DNA from: Octopus sinensis
Lineage: Eukaryota
Direction: 5' to 3'
Assembly (NCBI RefSeq): GCF_006345805.1
Contig: NC_042999.1
Location: 132,494,001 to 132,558,000, forward strand
Length of the DNA: 64,000 nucleotides
In this document: piece after piece, positions 50,864 through 64,000 of the stretch
How positions within the stretch are numbered: position 1 is the first letter of the stretch
Layout: each line of letters begins with the position of its first letter
Notes under the pieces: generated by a model
Databases searched by the model: none
Seen by the model: only the letters and a program-made list of their open reading frames with translations
What the model was told of the DNA's origin: nothing
Made by a program: the position numbers and the translations under genes

Positions 50864-50900
50864 TTTCTTCCTTCCTTCCTTCCTTTCTCTTTCTTGCACT
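50200..50900. repeat. (TTTC)n-rich polypyrimidine tract
   Basis: Direct reading. Confidence 0.97.
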
Positions 50901-51484
50901 TCTTAGCTTCCTACTGTTCTCTTCCATGAGTTCAATATTTCACCTACCGCAAAAACATTCGATCAACTGAACTGTATTTCACATTCTCCTTCTTTCTCAC
51001 TATCTCCAAGAAATTCTCTCCCGGTTCTTAACCTCCATCTTCCCCCCCCCCCACCATGCAGCCTTCATCTTTTACAATTCATTTCGATTCAGATCAAAGC
51101 TAAATAAATAACATTAATTTTAGCCAAATCGAATAATCGAACAAAACGATTTCGTTCAGTTGTGATGTTTTCAAAGAAAGCATTTCTCCATCTTTGCCCA
51201 CCACGTGGGAAGATCTGGTCTGAGGAAACAGTCAGAAGATTTGGAAGCACTCAAAATGTTTCTCAAAAAGAAGCGCTTGACAGAAGAATGAGATAAGTAT
51301 ATAGCATACATTTAACCTATATTCTTACACAAAAATAAGCATAAATGTATACACGTACGTATATACACAAGCACATACATGCATACAAGAATAAATACAC
51401 ACACGCATATACATCATACACACGCAACATACATATACATATACACATATAAATATGTGTACCCCTATCACACACACATCATAC

Positions 51485-51562
<78 letters not shown>

Positions 51563-52625
51563 GTGTGTATATATATACGAACATACATGCACATACATAG
51601 TCACACACACATACAAAGAGTCATACATAACCACATCATACATATGTAATGCATATGCAAACGTACATAATGAATATCGATTACATACACACACACACAC
51701 ACACACAAACAAACATATATATATACATATGCTTAATACATATATGTATACATAATACATAAATGCATACATGCATACGCACACACACATATATATATAT
51801 ACATGTACATAGTACATGTATGTATACATAATACATAATACATAGATGTATACACACATACATACATAGATAAATACATACATACATACATACATACATA
51901 CATACATACATACATACATACATACATACATACATACATACATACATACATAAATACATACATACATACATACATACATACATACATACATACATACATA
52001 CATACATACATACATACATACATACATACAAAAGTGAAACCTCAGAAATAAATATGACTGCATATCATCGGGAAGTCATTTATGGTTTTGTAGCTGTGGA
52101 GATGAATAATGATAACAGCCTAAGTAGAGCAGTATATTCTAGGTCACTGACTACTGCTACGTTGCATTATATGTTTATTATACAGGGCCAGAGGCCACCA
52201 ACAAACTAACTACACCATGCGTAAAAGGGATAAATTTAAAATGTTTGCTTCTCAACTACTTTGCCCCGGGTTCGGTCACACTGCGTTGCAGCTTGTGCGA
52301 GTGCCTTCTATTATAGACACGCATCAACCAAAACTATGTGAGTGGATTTGGTAGACGGAAAGTGATAGAAACCCGTCGTATGTACGTATGCATGTATGTG
52401 CACTTTGGTGTCTTATATGTACCTACCTACCTACCTACCTACCGACGTACCTACCTACACCTACCTACCTACCTACCTACCTACCTACCTACCTACCTAC
52501 CTACCTACCTGCCTATCTACCTACCTACCTACCTACCTACCTACCTACCTACCTACCTACCTACCTACCTACCAACCAACCAACTAACTAACCTACCTAC
52601 CTACCTACCTACCTACCTACGTATC
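51485..52625. repeat. (CATA)n (51485-52030) and (CCTA)n (52420-52625) microsatellites
   Basis: Direct reading. Confidence 0.97.
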
Positions 52626-52859
52626 TATCTATCTCTATCACATACTTAACGTGTGTGTGTTGTTAAACGCCTGTAGCTGCGGGATTCTGTCCAAAAGAGG
52701 TTCCATTTAAAGACATACAATTATGTGCTGTGACTACCACATTAGAGGATTTTAGTCCTTATTTCAAGCAATGTAGGTGTTTCTAACAGCCTAATCATAT
52801 TTAGTGACAATAATAGTTTTCTTTTTGGTGAAAAACTACAAACTGCTGTCTATCTTAAT

Positions 52860-53930
52860 TATATATATATATATATCAATACTTGTCAGGAAAAGAAATG
52901 GAGAACTTAAGAATGAATGGGAATTCGAAAAAGTTAGGAAGTATGGTGTAGATACAAAAAGCCTGAATGTTGTAATTGAAGAACTGAAGCAGAGCATACA
53001 TGCAAAAAAGCAAAACTAACTAGGTTTGAACAACGGATTAAGCAATACCGGCAAAACAAATTGTTTAGAACCAACCAAAACAGATTTTAACAAAAGATTA
53101 ACGACGATAAAAAAACGTGAAAGATTTGTCCCTGGTTCTGATGAAAGTCAACTTTTCTGGGGTAAGATATGAGGTAAGCAAGAACAAGATAATACTACAG
53201 CTGAATGGCTCTGAAGCAAACAGCTTTTTATCCTCACAGAAGACAGTATAAAAAGTACGAGAAAAAAGATAAGCAATTGGAAAGCAGCAGGACCTGATGG
53301 TGTACAGGGATTTTGTATAAAAAAGTTCAGTAGTTGCCATTAATTGATCGCAGAGTAATTTAATGCATTGATCAATGGAGAAGAAAAAATTCCGGGTTGG
53401 TTGACAAAAAGACGAACGGTGTTGCCTCCCATTAATGTGGAAGTTACAGTCAGGAGAATTGCAGAAGAACTGTATAAATTTCTTGATGAGAACGATATAT
53501 TACCCACGGAACAAAAAGGCTGTAGAAGGAAATGCAGAGGTACCAAAGATCAACTACTGATAGACAAAATGGTAATGCAAGATTGTAAATGAAGAACAAA
53601 TCTGGGAATGGCCTGGATTGACTATCGCAAAGCTTATGATATGATTGAACTGACATCTTGTGGAAAAAGCTTGGGCAATCTAGGTATTAGACGAGGGATT
53701 TTCCAGGGTGATAGCCTATCTCCGTTACTTTTTGTTCTCTACATGATGTCCCTGACCTTGGTACTTAGGGAAATGAACATGGGGTACCAACTAAAAGAAA
53801 AATCCCAAACAATCAATCACCTCCTTTCATGGATGATTTGAAACTGTAAGGCAAAGATGAGACACAAGTGAGTTCCTTAGTGAACACAGTCCTTTGCTTA
53901 AGTACTGATATTTAAAATGGAAAAGAATAG
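52860..53930 (+). mobile_element. Decayed RLE-type LINE RT fragment (third family)
   Basis: EQKGCRRKCRGTKDQLLIDK, WIDYRKAYD, GIFQGDSLSPLLF. Confidence 0.85.
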
Positions 53931-54044
53931 ATAATATGGTACCGTAGGCTGCAGGTAGCAAGCCCGCTACACGTGTAAGACTCCAGGAGCTCCAACAAAA
54001 TCTGTGTTGAAGGTTAAAATGTCACTATCTTCCGGGATTTTCCA

Positions 54045-56126
54045 GTGAACATCGACAGATCGATCCAGGCGAATCGAACAGACAGGAGTTCATATGGATG
54101 TAAGGACCAATTACTGATTGATAAAATGGTCATTAAAAATTTCAAATCCAAACGCAGAAACAAATTTAGCACCGACCGGATAGATTACAAGAAGGCTTTT
54201 GACAGTGTCCCCCATGCATGGACCAGCAAGGCCCTGGAAATTTACGAGATAGCAACAACAATTGTGAACTTTTTAAAAGTAATCATGAATTCGTGGAGAA
54301 CCACTCTCATTTTAAACCATACACAAACATATACCACCCCACCAGACATCAATATCGCCTGTGGTATCTTTCAAGGTGACTCAAATTCACCATTACTATT
54401 CTGCCTCGCTCTCTGCCCTTTATCAACGCAACTAAATAATGCTAAGAGAGGGTATTAGATCTTTGCCAGAAAATTAATCATCTACTCTATATGGATGGGC
54501 TAAAACTGTTTGCCAAAAACTGATTGCCAAAAACGACAAAGAATTAAAAGAACTGAATATTGTCAAAGAATTCGGCTCTGATATAGGTCAGGAATTCGGA
54601 CTTGATAAATGTGCGAAGGCTACTTTCAAGGCAGAGAAGTTCATAAAGGCAGAAAACATAGAACTTGATACTACCACAGCTATTCGAAACCTAGACCAAT
54701 CCGAAGTATACAAATATCTGGGAACCAATGAAGATGATGGTAACCAGCACTCTAAAACGAAAGAGAAAATCCGCAAGGAATGCTACCGAAGGGTAAGAAT
54801 GGTCCTAAACTCAGAATTAAATGCTGCTAACGGAATTAATGTGATTGATTCTTTGGCACTACCAGTAACCACATATAGCTTCGGTATGATTAAGTAGAGT
54901 CTCACTGACATGCAGAATATGGATGGAAAGATCCGTAAAATCTTTACAAGGTACCGAATCAGATGTAGACAGGATTTATCTCCCAAGAAAAATAGGTAGA
55001 AGAGACTTGATACAGCTCGAATAATCCTTCAAATCAGCAATAATAGGCCTTGAAACATACCTTAATACAACAAGTAATGTGCTCTTACGAACTGCACTGA
55101 AGCATGAAGATTCCAAGCAAGCTTCAGTCATGAAGCTTAGTCAGAAATTTAAAAAGTCTCTTGGCTTACAAGTTAACAATAAGAATGACCAGGGACACCC
55201 AGATACTGACAGACCTACTATTGCCTCTCCAGATTTAGAAATTAACAATCAGAAAGATCGAACAGATTCAAATAGTGGCAAACCTATCATTGATGCAAAA
55301 AACATCAAACAAAAAGCAAGGAAGGCTTGCATGTATAATATCGAAGACAACTGGAAAGGTAAACTCCTGAAAATACCCTAACCGCCTGTCCAAGCCAAAT
55401 ATTGATCAAAATCTAACACTCCAATGGGACAGGCTTGAGAGGGGAAACAAAAGGTTTTGTTATTGCAGCGCAAGATCAGAGCTTACCTACCCAGTTCTAG
55501 CTGAAAAGGAGTACCTCATAAGATATGGCAGACTAGGGCAGTACATCCACTGGAATGCGTGTAAATACTACAAAATTAAATCCCATGATAAGTCATACAA
55601 GCACCAAACAGAGGATGTAGTAAATAGCGTGGGCATCACCATCCTTTGGAACATCCCAATACAAACAGACCGAAAAATTGACTGCAGTCGACCAGACATT
55701 GTGATCAAGGACTACAACAGAGGAACTTGTCTGTTAATTGATATGTCTGTCCCGCAAGAGCAAAATGTCTCAAGAAAGGAATGCGGAAAGCTTTCTCACT
55801 GTAAAGATCTACAAATTGAAATCACAAAAATGTGGAAGCTTAGTACTACGATAATACCAGCAGTAATTGGTGCGTTGGGAATGATAAAGGAGGGAGCTGA
55901 GAAGTATATTAAGCAACTCCCTGGTAACTCCATTCTGCGTGAACTACAAAAGATAACCTTGATGCGTACAGCCCGTATACTACGGAAAGCACTCTGCATC
56001 TAAAATGGAATAAATGTGATGATAGTTTTAGCATGCATAGCAAAACGAAAGTGCTCTTGCTACTCTTGGCCTCTGGAGGATGCCCGGTACTAACGTAGCT
56101 GAAATAAAGTTATAATGAAAGGAAAC

Positions 56127-56130
<4 letters not shown>
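54045..56130 (+). mobile_element. Decayed RLE-type LINE (RT, zinc knuckle region, RLE)
   Basis: GCKDQLLIDK, DYKKAFDSVPH, GIFQGDSNSPLLF, SRPDIVIKD...LIDMSVP; ends in (CAA)n/(TAA)n. Confidence 0.85.
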
Positions 56131-56178
<48 letters not shown>

Positions 56179-56179
56179 A

Positions 56180-56232
<53 letters not shown>

Positions 56233-56233
<1 letters not shown>

Positions 56234-57782
56234 TTGTAATTGAAGGGAACGGAATAAGGCATTCAGAGATGAAGGAAAGGATCAGGAGAGAATGTTTTCG
56301 AAGAGTGAGAGCAATACTCATGACAGAGCTGAATGCAAGAAACAGGATCGAAGCAATCAATGCATTAGCCATACCAGTCGTGACTTACAGTTTCAATATC
56401 GTTAACTGGTCAATTACTGAAATATGTCAGCTCGACAGAAAAATAAGAAAACTGTTGACAATGCATAGAATGCACCACCCTAAGGCAGATACAGAACGAC
56501 TTTATCTGCCAAGAAAAGAGGGAGGCCGTGGTCTTTTGCAACTGGCAATAACAATGAAGATTGCTACAATTGGCCTAGACACCTATCTGAAAAAGTCTGA
56601 GGACTGGATGTTAAAACTTGTCTCAAAACATGAAAACAAGAAAGCATCATACTCAGTAACAAAACAGGCAAAGGAATATCTAAGTGAATTCCGAATACAA
56701 CAAATTTCGGAATTAGAGATAGACATACAAGAAACAAGCACAGAAAAAGCTAGGCGCATGAAAACCCGTGCCAAAACTGCGGCCTTAGATATTCTGAATA
56801 ATAAATGGCAAGAAAAGCCTCTCTATGGCAAATACCCAAAGAGAGCGAATAATGCAGATATTGACAAAGCCCTGACCCATCAATGGATAATGGCCTCTGG
56901 TTTAAAATCTGAAACAGAAGGGTTTATCATAGCAGCTCAAGATCAATGCCTACCAACAAGAAACTACCAGGCCAACATATTAAAGAACGGCAGTAGCCCA
57001 ACATGCCGTGTATGCCGACAACAAAATGAAACCATTGATCATGTTGTCTCCAAATGCAGTCTTCTAGCGCCTACAGAGTACCTCAACAGGCATGATAGAG
57101 CTGCATAATATATTCACTGGGTAATTTGCAAAAACCTGGATTTGCCCCATGAAAAAACTGGTGGGAACACAATCCACCTCCAGTACTTGAAAATGACCAC
57201 ATCTCACTCCTCTGGAACTTCACCATTCAAACTGACAGAAAGATAGATGCAAATAGGCCAGACATCATATTGAAAGACTTCAGACAAAGAACATGCCTCC
57301 TCATTGATATGACTGTCCCAATCGATATAAACGTATCTGTCAAGACCTACCAAAAACTGAGCAAATATAAAGATCTTGAAATAGAAATCAGCAAAATGTG
57401 GAAGCTGAAGACTAAAACAATACCTGTTGTCATATGTGTCCAGGGAATGATAACAAAAGGGGCTGATTGCTACCTAACTCAGATACCAGGAAACCCCAAA
57501 ATGGCAGAAATTCAAAAGATAGTGCTCATGGGAACTGCTCATATCCTACGCAAAATACTCTATGTAATCCCAAGGTTTAAATCAAACTTTATTATTTTTT
57601 AAAATTTATGTATTAGACATTCACTAGTACAACACAAAAAAACCCCCCAAATATATGGCACACTAGGCATAACAACAACGTGAACTTCCAACCTGTTGTC
57701 TCTTGAGGTCTCTGGGTGAGACTTGGAGCCAACTTGTACAGACATAAAGCAAAAGTCAAACATAGAATAATAATAATAATAA
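56233..57782 (+). mobile_element. Younger 5'-truncated RLE-type LINE in (TAA)n
   Basis: 279-aa open stretch with RLYLPRKEGGRGL, TEGFIIAAQDQ, CRVC...DHVVSKC, RHD, then RLE; (TAA)n both sides. Confidence 0.9.
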
Positions 57783-57936
57783 TACATGATAATAAAAAGA
57801 ACATATGAATAAAAACGCAGCAGCTATACCTGGATCCTCAACACTGCACACGATCTATCTAAAACAGTCCTTGGAGGAAAAGCCCACATTCTACGCAAGG
57901 TGATGCAGTAGAAATTTGCATGAAGCTACCAAATAT

Positions 57937-57974
<38 letters not shown>

Positions 57975-57977
<3 letters not shown>

Positions 57978-58390
57978 TTGAACTCAGAACGTAGCGACGG
58001 GCGAAATACCACTAAGAATTTCGTCTGACATGCTAACAATTCTGCAAGCTCGCCGCATTAATAATAATAATAATCATAATAATAATAATCTTAAATTTTT
58101 GCCACAAGGGCAGCTTGGGAGAAGGGATTAAGCCGATTCCATCGACCTCGGTGTTTCACTGATACTTAACTTATCGACCCCCGAAAGGATGAAAGACAAT
58201 AACAACAACAACAACGATAACAACAATATCAATAATAATCTTTTCTACTATAGGTACAAGTTCCGAAATTTTGGGGGGCGGCGGCTAGGCGATTACATCG
58301 ACCTCATTATTTTACTGGTTCTTAATTTACCGACCCCGAAAGGAGGAAAGGCAAAGTCGATCGGCGGAATTTCAACTCTGAACGTAAATT
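57975..58390 (-). mobile_element. Cluster of SINE family A fragments
   Basis: Reverse-complement pieces of head and body separated by (TAA)n/(CAA)n. Confidence 0.7.
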
Positions 58391-58924
58391 AGTCGTCAAT
58401 TCCAGCATATGAACTGAGTATGTTCATTTGACTACTTCCGTCTAGTAAGCGCTTATGTTATTTTAGTTGCCTTTGGAATCGTGTGTATGATTGGCCACAG
58501 AGTTTGAAAATTCGTACTTCATTCTGTGTACTTAAAAATATATGTTCCTTCGTAGAATCCATCAGGTGATATTCTACCAAACTTTTGACAGAATACCACT
58601 TGATGAAGTAGAGCTACGTTACAATGAAAATTTACGTAATTTTTATCCATGGACTCAGTATTTGGTAATAAACTACACCACTGAAACGCGTGTAATGATA
58701 TTTGAACTATCCATTCGCATATATATATATATATATATAAAATATTTTTTTTTACCTATGTTAGTCATTATATGGCTGTATGGCAAGAAGTTTGTTTCTC
58801 CACCACATTGTTTTGGACTCTGTCTGTATAGAAACTTGAGTAAGAGTCTTCTATTATAGTCCCGGGCAGCCCAAAGCCTTGTTAGTAAATTTGGTACACG
58901 GGAACAGGAACAAACCTGTCGTGT

Positions 58925-59125
<201 letters not shown>

Positions 59126-59329
59126 CACATTAATTACACACACACACATGCAGCAACAAGGCAAGGTATATCAGGAGTACTTATAATAACCATCCGACTG
59201 CCGATTGTTTCAAACATTGATTTCGGTGCCATTTTGCATCGTTTAAAAACATTAAATAAGCGACACTGGTCATCACCTGTCAACTTGATCTGGAAACTTA
59301 AAGAGGGAAAAGTGCAATACAACATCACA

Positions 59330-59862
59330 TGGACGTTTATAACAATGCATATCCGTACAACACGTTCTCAAGGTCTTGCAATTTCTTTTCTGAGGAAGCG
59401 CTATACATTTTAACGTGTACAAAGAAACTTGTGAATAGGTAATCCGAAACAGTTATTAGATGCAACGAGAGGCTAAAACGCTCTATAAATTTCATCTACA
59501 TTCGGCACTGCTTGTGCAGCAGTTTTTGTCTAGGCACAGCATCCCCCAGGTCCGACAGCCACCGTATTTACCCCGATCTCGTCCCTTGCAACTGTTTCCT
59601 CTTTCCAAAAATCAAATCTTGCTTGAAAGGAAGAAGATTTCAGGACGTCGAGGAAGTCAAAGTGAATGGCGACGTGGTAGCTGCTGATTACCGTAGGAAG
59701 CAAGTTCTAGGAATGCTCCCATTATTGAAAACAGCGCTGGATTAAGTGTGTGGCTCCGAAGGATATTAATTTGAAGGATATTAAATGCCAACTTGGTACG
59801 TATTGTAGTTTTGTTTTATAGCACCAGTCCAGACATTTATTGATTATAGATCAGACCTCTTA
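59330..59862 (+). mobile_element. Mariner 3' fragment
   Basis: QVRQPPY..PDLVPCNCFLFPKIKSCLKGRRFQDVEE; TIR-like GATCAGACCTC end matching the family at 31361. Confidence 0.8.
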
Positions 59863-59869
59863 TACTTAA

Positions 59870-60115
59870 ATGATAAACATCTGGAAAATTTTACACATTT
59901 TTACAGTTTCAGTGATGGATTGGATCTGCAGTCTTCAATTAAGCTTTCTTCTTTCTGGATTTGAGAAGCCTAATTTCTCAAGATTCGTACTTAGTGTGTA
60001 ACACATCCCAGTGCCTCAATAGTTACATAGACCTGAACTTGTAATCCAGGCAGCGTAGCAGTAGATTCTTCAAAAGTTCATCATAGGTATTTTCTTTTTC
60101 GCTGATCTTCAGCTT
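59870..60115 (-). mobile_element. RLE-type LINE 3' fragment (same family as 24320-24975)
   Basis: IKLKISEKENTYDELLKNL...YKFR; abuts (TATG)n. Confidence 0.75.
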
Positions 60116-60793
60116 TATGTATGTATGTATGTATGTATGTATGTATGTATGTATGTATGTATGTATGTATGTATGTTGTATGTATGTATGTATGTATGTA
60201 TGTATGTGAGTATGCATGTATGTATGTATGTATGCATGTATGTATGTATGTATGTATGTATGTATGTATGTATGTATGTATGTATGTATGTATTATGTAT
60301 GTGTGTATACATGTATGTATGTATTATGCATGTATGTATGTATGTATGTATGTATGTATGTATGATTGTATGTATGTATGTATGTATTATGTATGTGTGT
60401 ATGCATGTATGTATGTGCATGTGTAGGTATGCAGGTGTGTGTATGCAGGTATGTGTATGTATGTATGTATGAATGTTTGTTGGTATGTATGTATGTATGC
60501 ATGCGTGCATGAATGCGTGTATGTATGTATGTATGTATGTATGTATGTATGTATGTATGTATGTATGCATGCGTGCATGAATGCATGTATGTATGTATGT
60601 ATGTATGTATGTATGTATGTATGTATGTATGTATGTATGTATGTATGTATGTATGTATATATGTATGTATGTATGTATAAAATGCAGGTGTGTGTGTGTA
60701 TGTATGTATGAAATGCAGGTGTGTGTGTATGTATGTATGTATGATTGTATGTATAGATCAATGAATGTACGTATGCATCCATGTATCTATGTT

Positions 60794-60830
<37 letters not shown>
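60115..60830. repeat. (TATG)n compound microsatellite
   Basis: Direct reading. Confidence 0.98.
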
Positions 60831-60833
<3 letters not shown>

Positions 60834-61413
60834 CGTGTGTGAGTGTTCTTATAAGTAAGGAGTTGCCTTTAAAAAAAAAAAAGAAACAAGGCACCATCTC
60901 CGAAAACACGTCAAGTGTTACACGTAAAAGTTTAGGAACGCTTCTACATGTTTTTGCTGTTCTACTAACAAATTGTAAAGGGCGTAGTATTAGCTTCTCT
61001 CTGTATTTGCCTGAAAATTTTAGATTTGATTCTGAAATATTTACTAACATTGCCTTGTACACCTCTGTATGAGGCATCCAGCCGTTCAATAGCCACCTAT
61101 ATGACATACGTTTGCTCTGTATTATGAAGCTATATGTATTAGAAAGTGGAAGAAATGGACATTGAGGGAGATACATGCAATATAAGTGTGGTTCTGAGGT
61201 AAAGAAAGCTGTTACTGAACCAGATGGTTTCGGGTTCAGACCCACTGCGCGAAACCTTGGGCAAGTGTCTTCTGCTAAAGCCTCGGGTCGTAATTTGATA
61301 TGTACACATTAGCGAATCGCTAAATAATCTAATTATTTGAATGACGAAAACATAAATACTAATGGCGAAGCGAGTCCGGAAAGAACCGAATCCAAGCTGT
61401 CTTAACTGATGTG

Positions 61414-61496
<83 letters not shown>

Positions 61497-62250
61497 ACGC
61501 TCACACACACACACACACACACACACAACACACACACACACACACACACAATAAAAAGTGACAACAAAAGAATGAGGCCTAGATATTAGGTAAATAGAAG
61601 ATTATTATTTATACATGTGTAGTTTCGGACAATCAATAAATTGTCATAATAGGATTCAGAGTTTCAAATGCTGGAGCTAAGAGCTACGATGTATTCTCAT
61701 CGGCTATTAATGGCAATAGACGCTATGAAAAAACCGTTGAATAAAAGGGAAGTTACTCTAATTGGTAGAAAAAAAGAAGAAAACAAGAAAAAATAAAATA
61801 CACGCAACCATATTCTCACAATACATAGACATAAAACCTCTTGCGTTCATAACGTCTACATATGTACACACTCACACAAACATATGTATGTATGGTTGTA
61901 TGTATAGCTCAATGAATGTACGTATGCATCCATGTATCTATGTTCTCGTGTCACATACATATATGTGCACACGCAACTTCATCCTCATATGCACATAGGT
62001 GCATGCGTGCATACATACATATGTAGACATTTATATATGTACAGATCTATATTTAAGAGATGAGAAATTATGTGCATTATTTACATTATTTTTGAAAACA
62101 TTATTTACATTAAACGGATGTCCTCATCTTGTTTGTTGTTAACAACATTTTGGCTGATATACCTTCCAGCCTTCTACTGGTGTCCTGGGGAAATTTCGAA
62201 CCTAGGTTCTCATTCCAAAGGTATTTTTCGATGTTATTGTTGTTGTTGTT

Positions 62251-62281
<31 letters not shown>

Positions 62282-63280
62282 TCAGGTCACTGCTTGGAAT
62301 CGATCTCAGAATCTTGGGGTTAGTAGCCCACGCATTTAACCTCTACGCCATATGCCCGTGGGCAATTATGGAGTGAATTTTAGGACTTATAAATCTAATA
62401 TTTTTCTATCCTTCCTTAATACTCTGGCCCCCTCCAGGAAGATGTCCAAGTGCTGTTAGATCATGTGAACTCAATATAGCCATCCATACAGTTTGCAATG
62501 GAAAAGGAAAAAGACACTCACCTGGCATTCCTGGACGTATTAATAACACGCACCAAGTATGGATTCAGGACATCCGTATACCGCAAGCCGACCTTTACTG
62601 ACGATACCTCAACTTCAATTCTTACAGTGTAAAGAGAGGGATTTCTCAGTGCCTAAAACATCGTCCATAGAATATGAGTAGCGATCATGATACACATCAC
62701 GAAGAAATGATCAAGCTCAGTAACGATCTGTTAAGCAACAACTACCCCAATTACGAAGAAGAGAGAAGATGAGGCCAATAAACTGTCCACAGTCTATCTA
62801 CCCTATGTGAAAGGCCTCTCCGAAAAGATACAAAAGATATGCGGCCCATATGACATCAGGACAGTATTTAAGAGTAAATACAACACTTCGCAAATATCAC
62901 CTTCGTGTAAAACCACCAATAGAAGAGAATATGACCAAAGACTGCGTGCAGCTGTGGTAGGTTATACAAAGGCGAAACATGCCGCCCCCTCAAAATAAGG
63001 GTCGACGAACATCGCAAAGCTGTGGCACGAGGAGATATTGATAAATCGGTTATAGCTGATCATGTATGGAAAAATAGAGACCACCTCCCCCTGTGGGATG
63101 AAGTTAAAATAATAGACAGAGAACACCACTGGAAAATACGAAAACTAAAAGAAGCAGCACATATGCTAGGACACAACAACCTCCTAAGCAGACTGAGTAC
63201 AGATATGAGCAGCATATGGGAACCGGTATTAAGGAAGGATAGAAATATATTAAATTTATAAGCCCTAAAATTCACTCCAC

Positions 63281-63353
63281 GGGCATATGGCGTAGTGGTT
63301 AAGGGCGCGGACTACTAACCCCAAGATTCCGAGTTCGATTCCAAGCAGTTACC
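63281..63353 (+). ncRNA. tRNA-like (Ser-GCT-like) Pol III promoter head within the PLE terminal repeat; not a functional tRNA
   Basis: A-box TGGCGTAGTGGTT, anticodon-arm-like GGACTACTAACCC, B-box GAGTTCGATTCC; no acceptor-stem closure; inverted twin at 62285-62360. Confidence 0.65.
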
Positions 63354-63369
63354 TAAATAATAATAGTAA

Positions 63370-63757
63370 TTACAGAGATGTACTTGCATAGCGAGTGACT
63401 TGATCTGAGATCGTGTGCTGGAACGAAAACAATTGCAGCGTGGAAGGTGTTTATAAGCCATTTAAGAAACACGTTAGATTCACTTCAACATTTAAATTTA
63501 ATTTGTCAAAATATTTTCGTCGCTTTGAGACCGCAACCTGTTCACTGACAAAACTTCATGCTGCACGAAGCTTTGTCAGTGAACAGGTCGCGGTCTCAAA
63601 GCGACGAAAATATTTTGACAGCACGAAGCTTTGTCAGTGAACAGGTAGCGGTCTGAAAGCGACGAAAATATTTTGACAAATTAAATTTACCTGTTGAAGT
63701 GAATCTAACGGTTTTGTGTGTTTCTTAAATGGCTTATAAACACCTTCCACGCTGCAA
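63370..63757. mobile_element. Foldback/MITE hairpin element with an internal tandem duplication
   Basis: Arms ~63433-63558 and ~63566-63757 are reverse complements; a ~55-bp unit (GCACGAAGCTTTGTCAG...ATTTTGACA) is duplicated. Confidence 0.8.
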
Positions 63758-63821
63758 TAATAGTAATAATAACATCGAAAAATACCTTAGGAATGAGAAC
63801 CCAGGCTCGAAATTTCCCCAA

Positions 63822-63867
63822 GACACCTGAAGAAGGCTGGAGGGTATATTAGCCGAAATGCTGTGTT
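63822..63867 (+). ncRNA. Partly decayed minimal hammerhead motif in the PLE terminal repeat
   Basis: GACAC-CTGAAGA-A-GGCTG...TAGCC-GAAA-TGCT-GTGTT; twin at 62141-62184 (-) decayed at different positions, so the consensus restores the core. Confidence 0.6.
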
Positions 63868-64000
63868 AACAAGAAACAAGATGAGGACAAATATCCGTCG
63901 AATATAAATAATATATTTCTTTTATATCAACCTGCCTGACTTGCTTATCCTTACATTTACACACGCACGCACACACACACACACACACACACAGCAAAAA

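Larger units (their letters stand above)
62100..63905 (+). mobile_element. 5'-truncated Penelope-like element with an inverted 5' copy of its terminal repeat
   Basis: LAFLDVLITR...VYRKPTFT; PYVKGLSEKI; GETCRPLKIRVDEH...IADHVW...EHHWKIRKLKEA (GIY-YIG); 62100-62425 is the reverse complement of 63228-63905 once the 63370-63757 insert is removed. Confidence 0.9.

Noticed and set aside
50041-50970. 309-aa Phe/Leu/Ser and Lys/Glu/Arg ORFs
   Set aside because: Translations of (TTTC)n; not membrane or coiled-coil proteins.
60760-61960. ~50-bp duplicate (60760-60810 and 61905-61950)
   Set aside because: Short degenerate microsatellite-derived sequence; no further structure.
63560-63680. Short direct repeats resembling a CRISPR array
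   Set aside because: Two adjacent copies with no unique spacers inside a eukaryotic foldback element; no cas genes.

Overview
Repeat-dense, AT-rich eukaryotic DNA whose tRNA-derived SINE families, very long microsatellites and LINE/Penelope content are most consistent with an octopus (cephalopod) genome; this taxonomic call is inference. The only host-type coding content I can support is a locally duplicated family of intronless genes for a secreted protein: signal peptide, six sushi/CCP modules and a C-terminal 8-cysteine domain I cannot assign. There is one intact copy (18283-19758, minus), one decayed mosaic copy (25742-27125, minus), one inverted copy broken by a single 1-bp frameshift (37110-38593, plus), a short relic (~32750-32813) and an orphan upstream flank (11875-13550). 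The CCP stalk is well conserved between copies while the terminal Cys domain is strongly diverged. The rest is mobile DNA: an ORF1-only Tx1/L1-type element inserted into a SINE head with a 13-bp TSD, Penelope-like elements, about nine hammerhead-ribozyme-like motifs (some with a shared variant core, one beside a tRNA-like head), RLE-type LINEs in (TAA)n, RTE and CR1/jockey-type RT fragments, mariner/Tc1/hAT relics and MITEs. Most ORFs in the supplied track are microsatellite or TE artefacts. Identities and boundaries are by-eye estimates.
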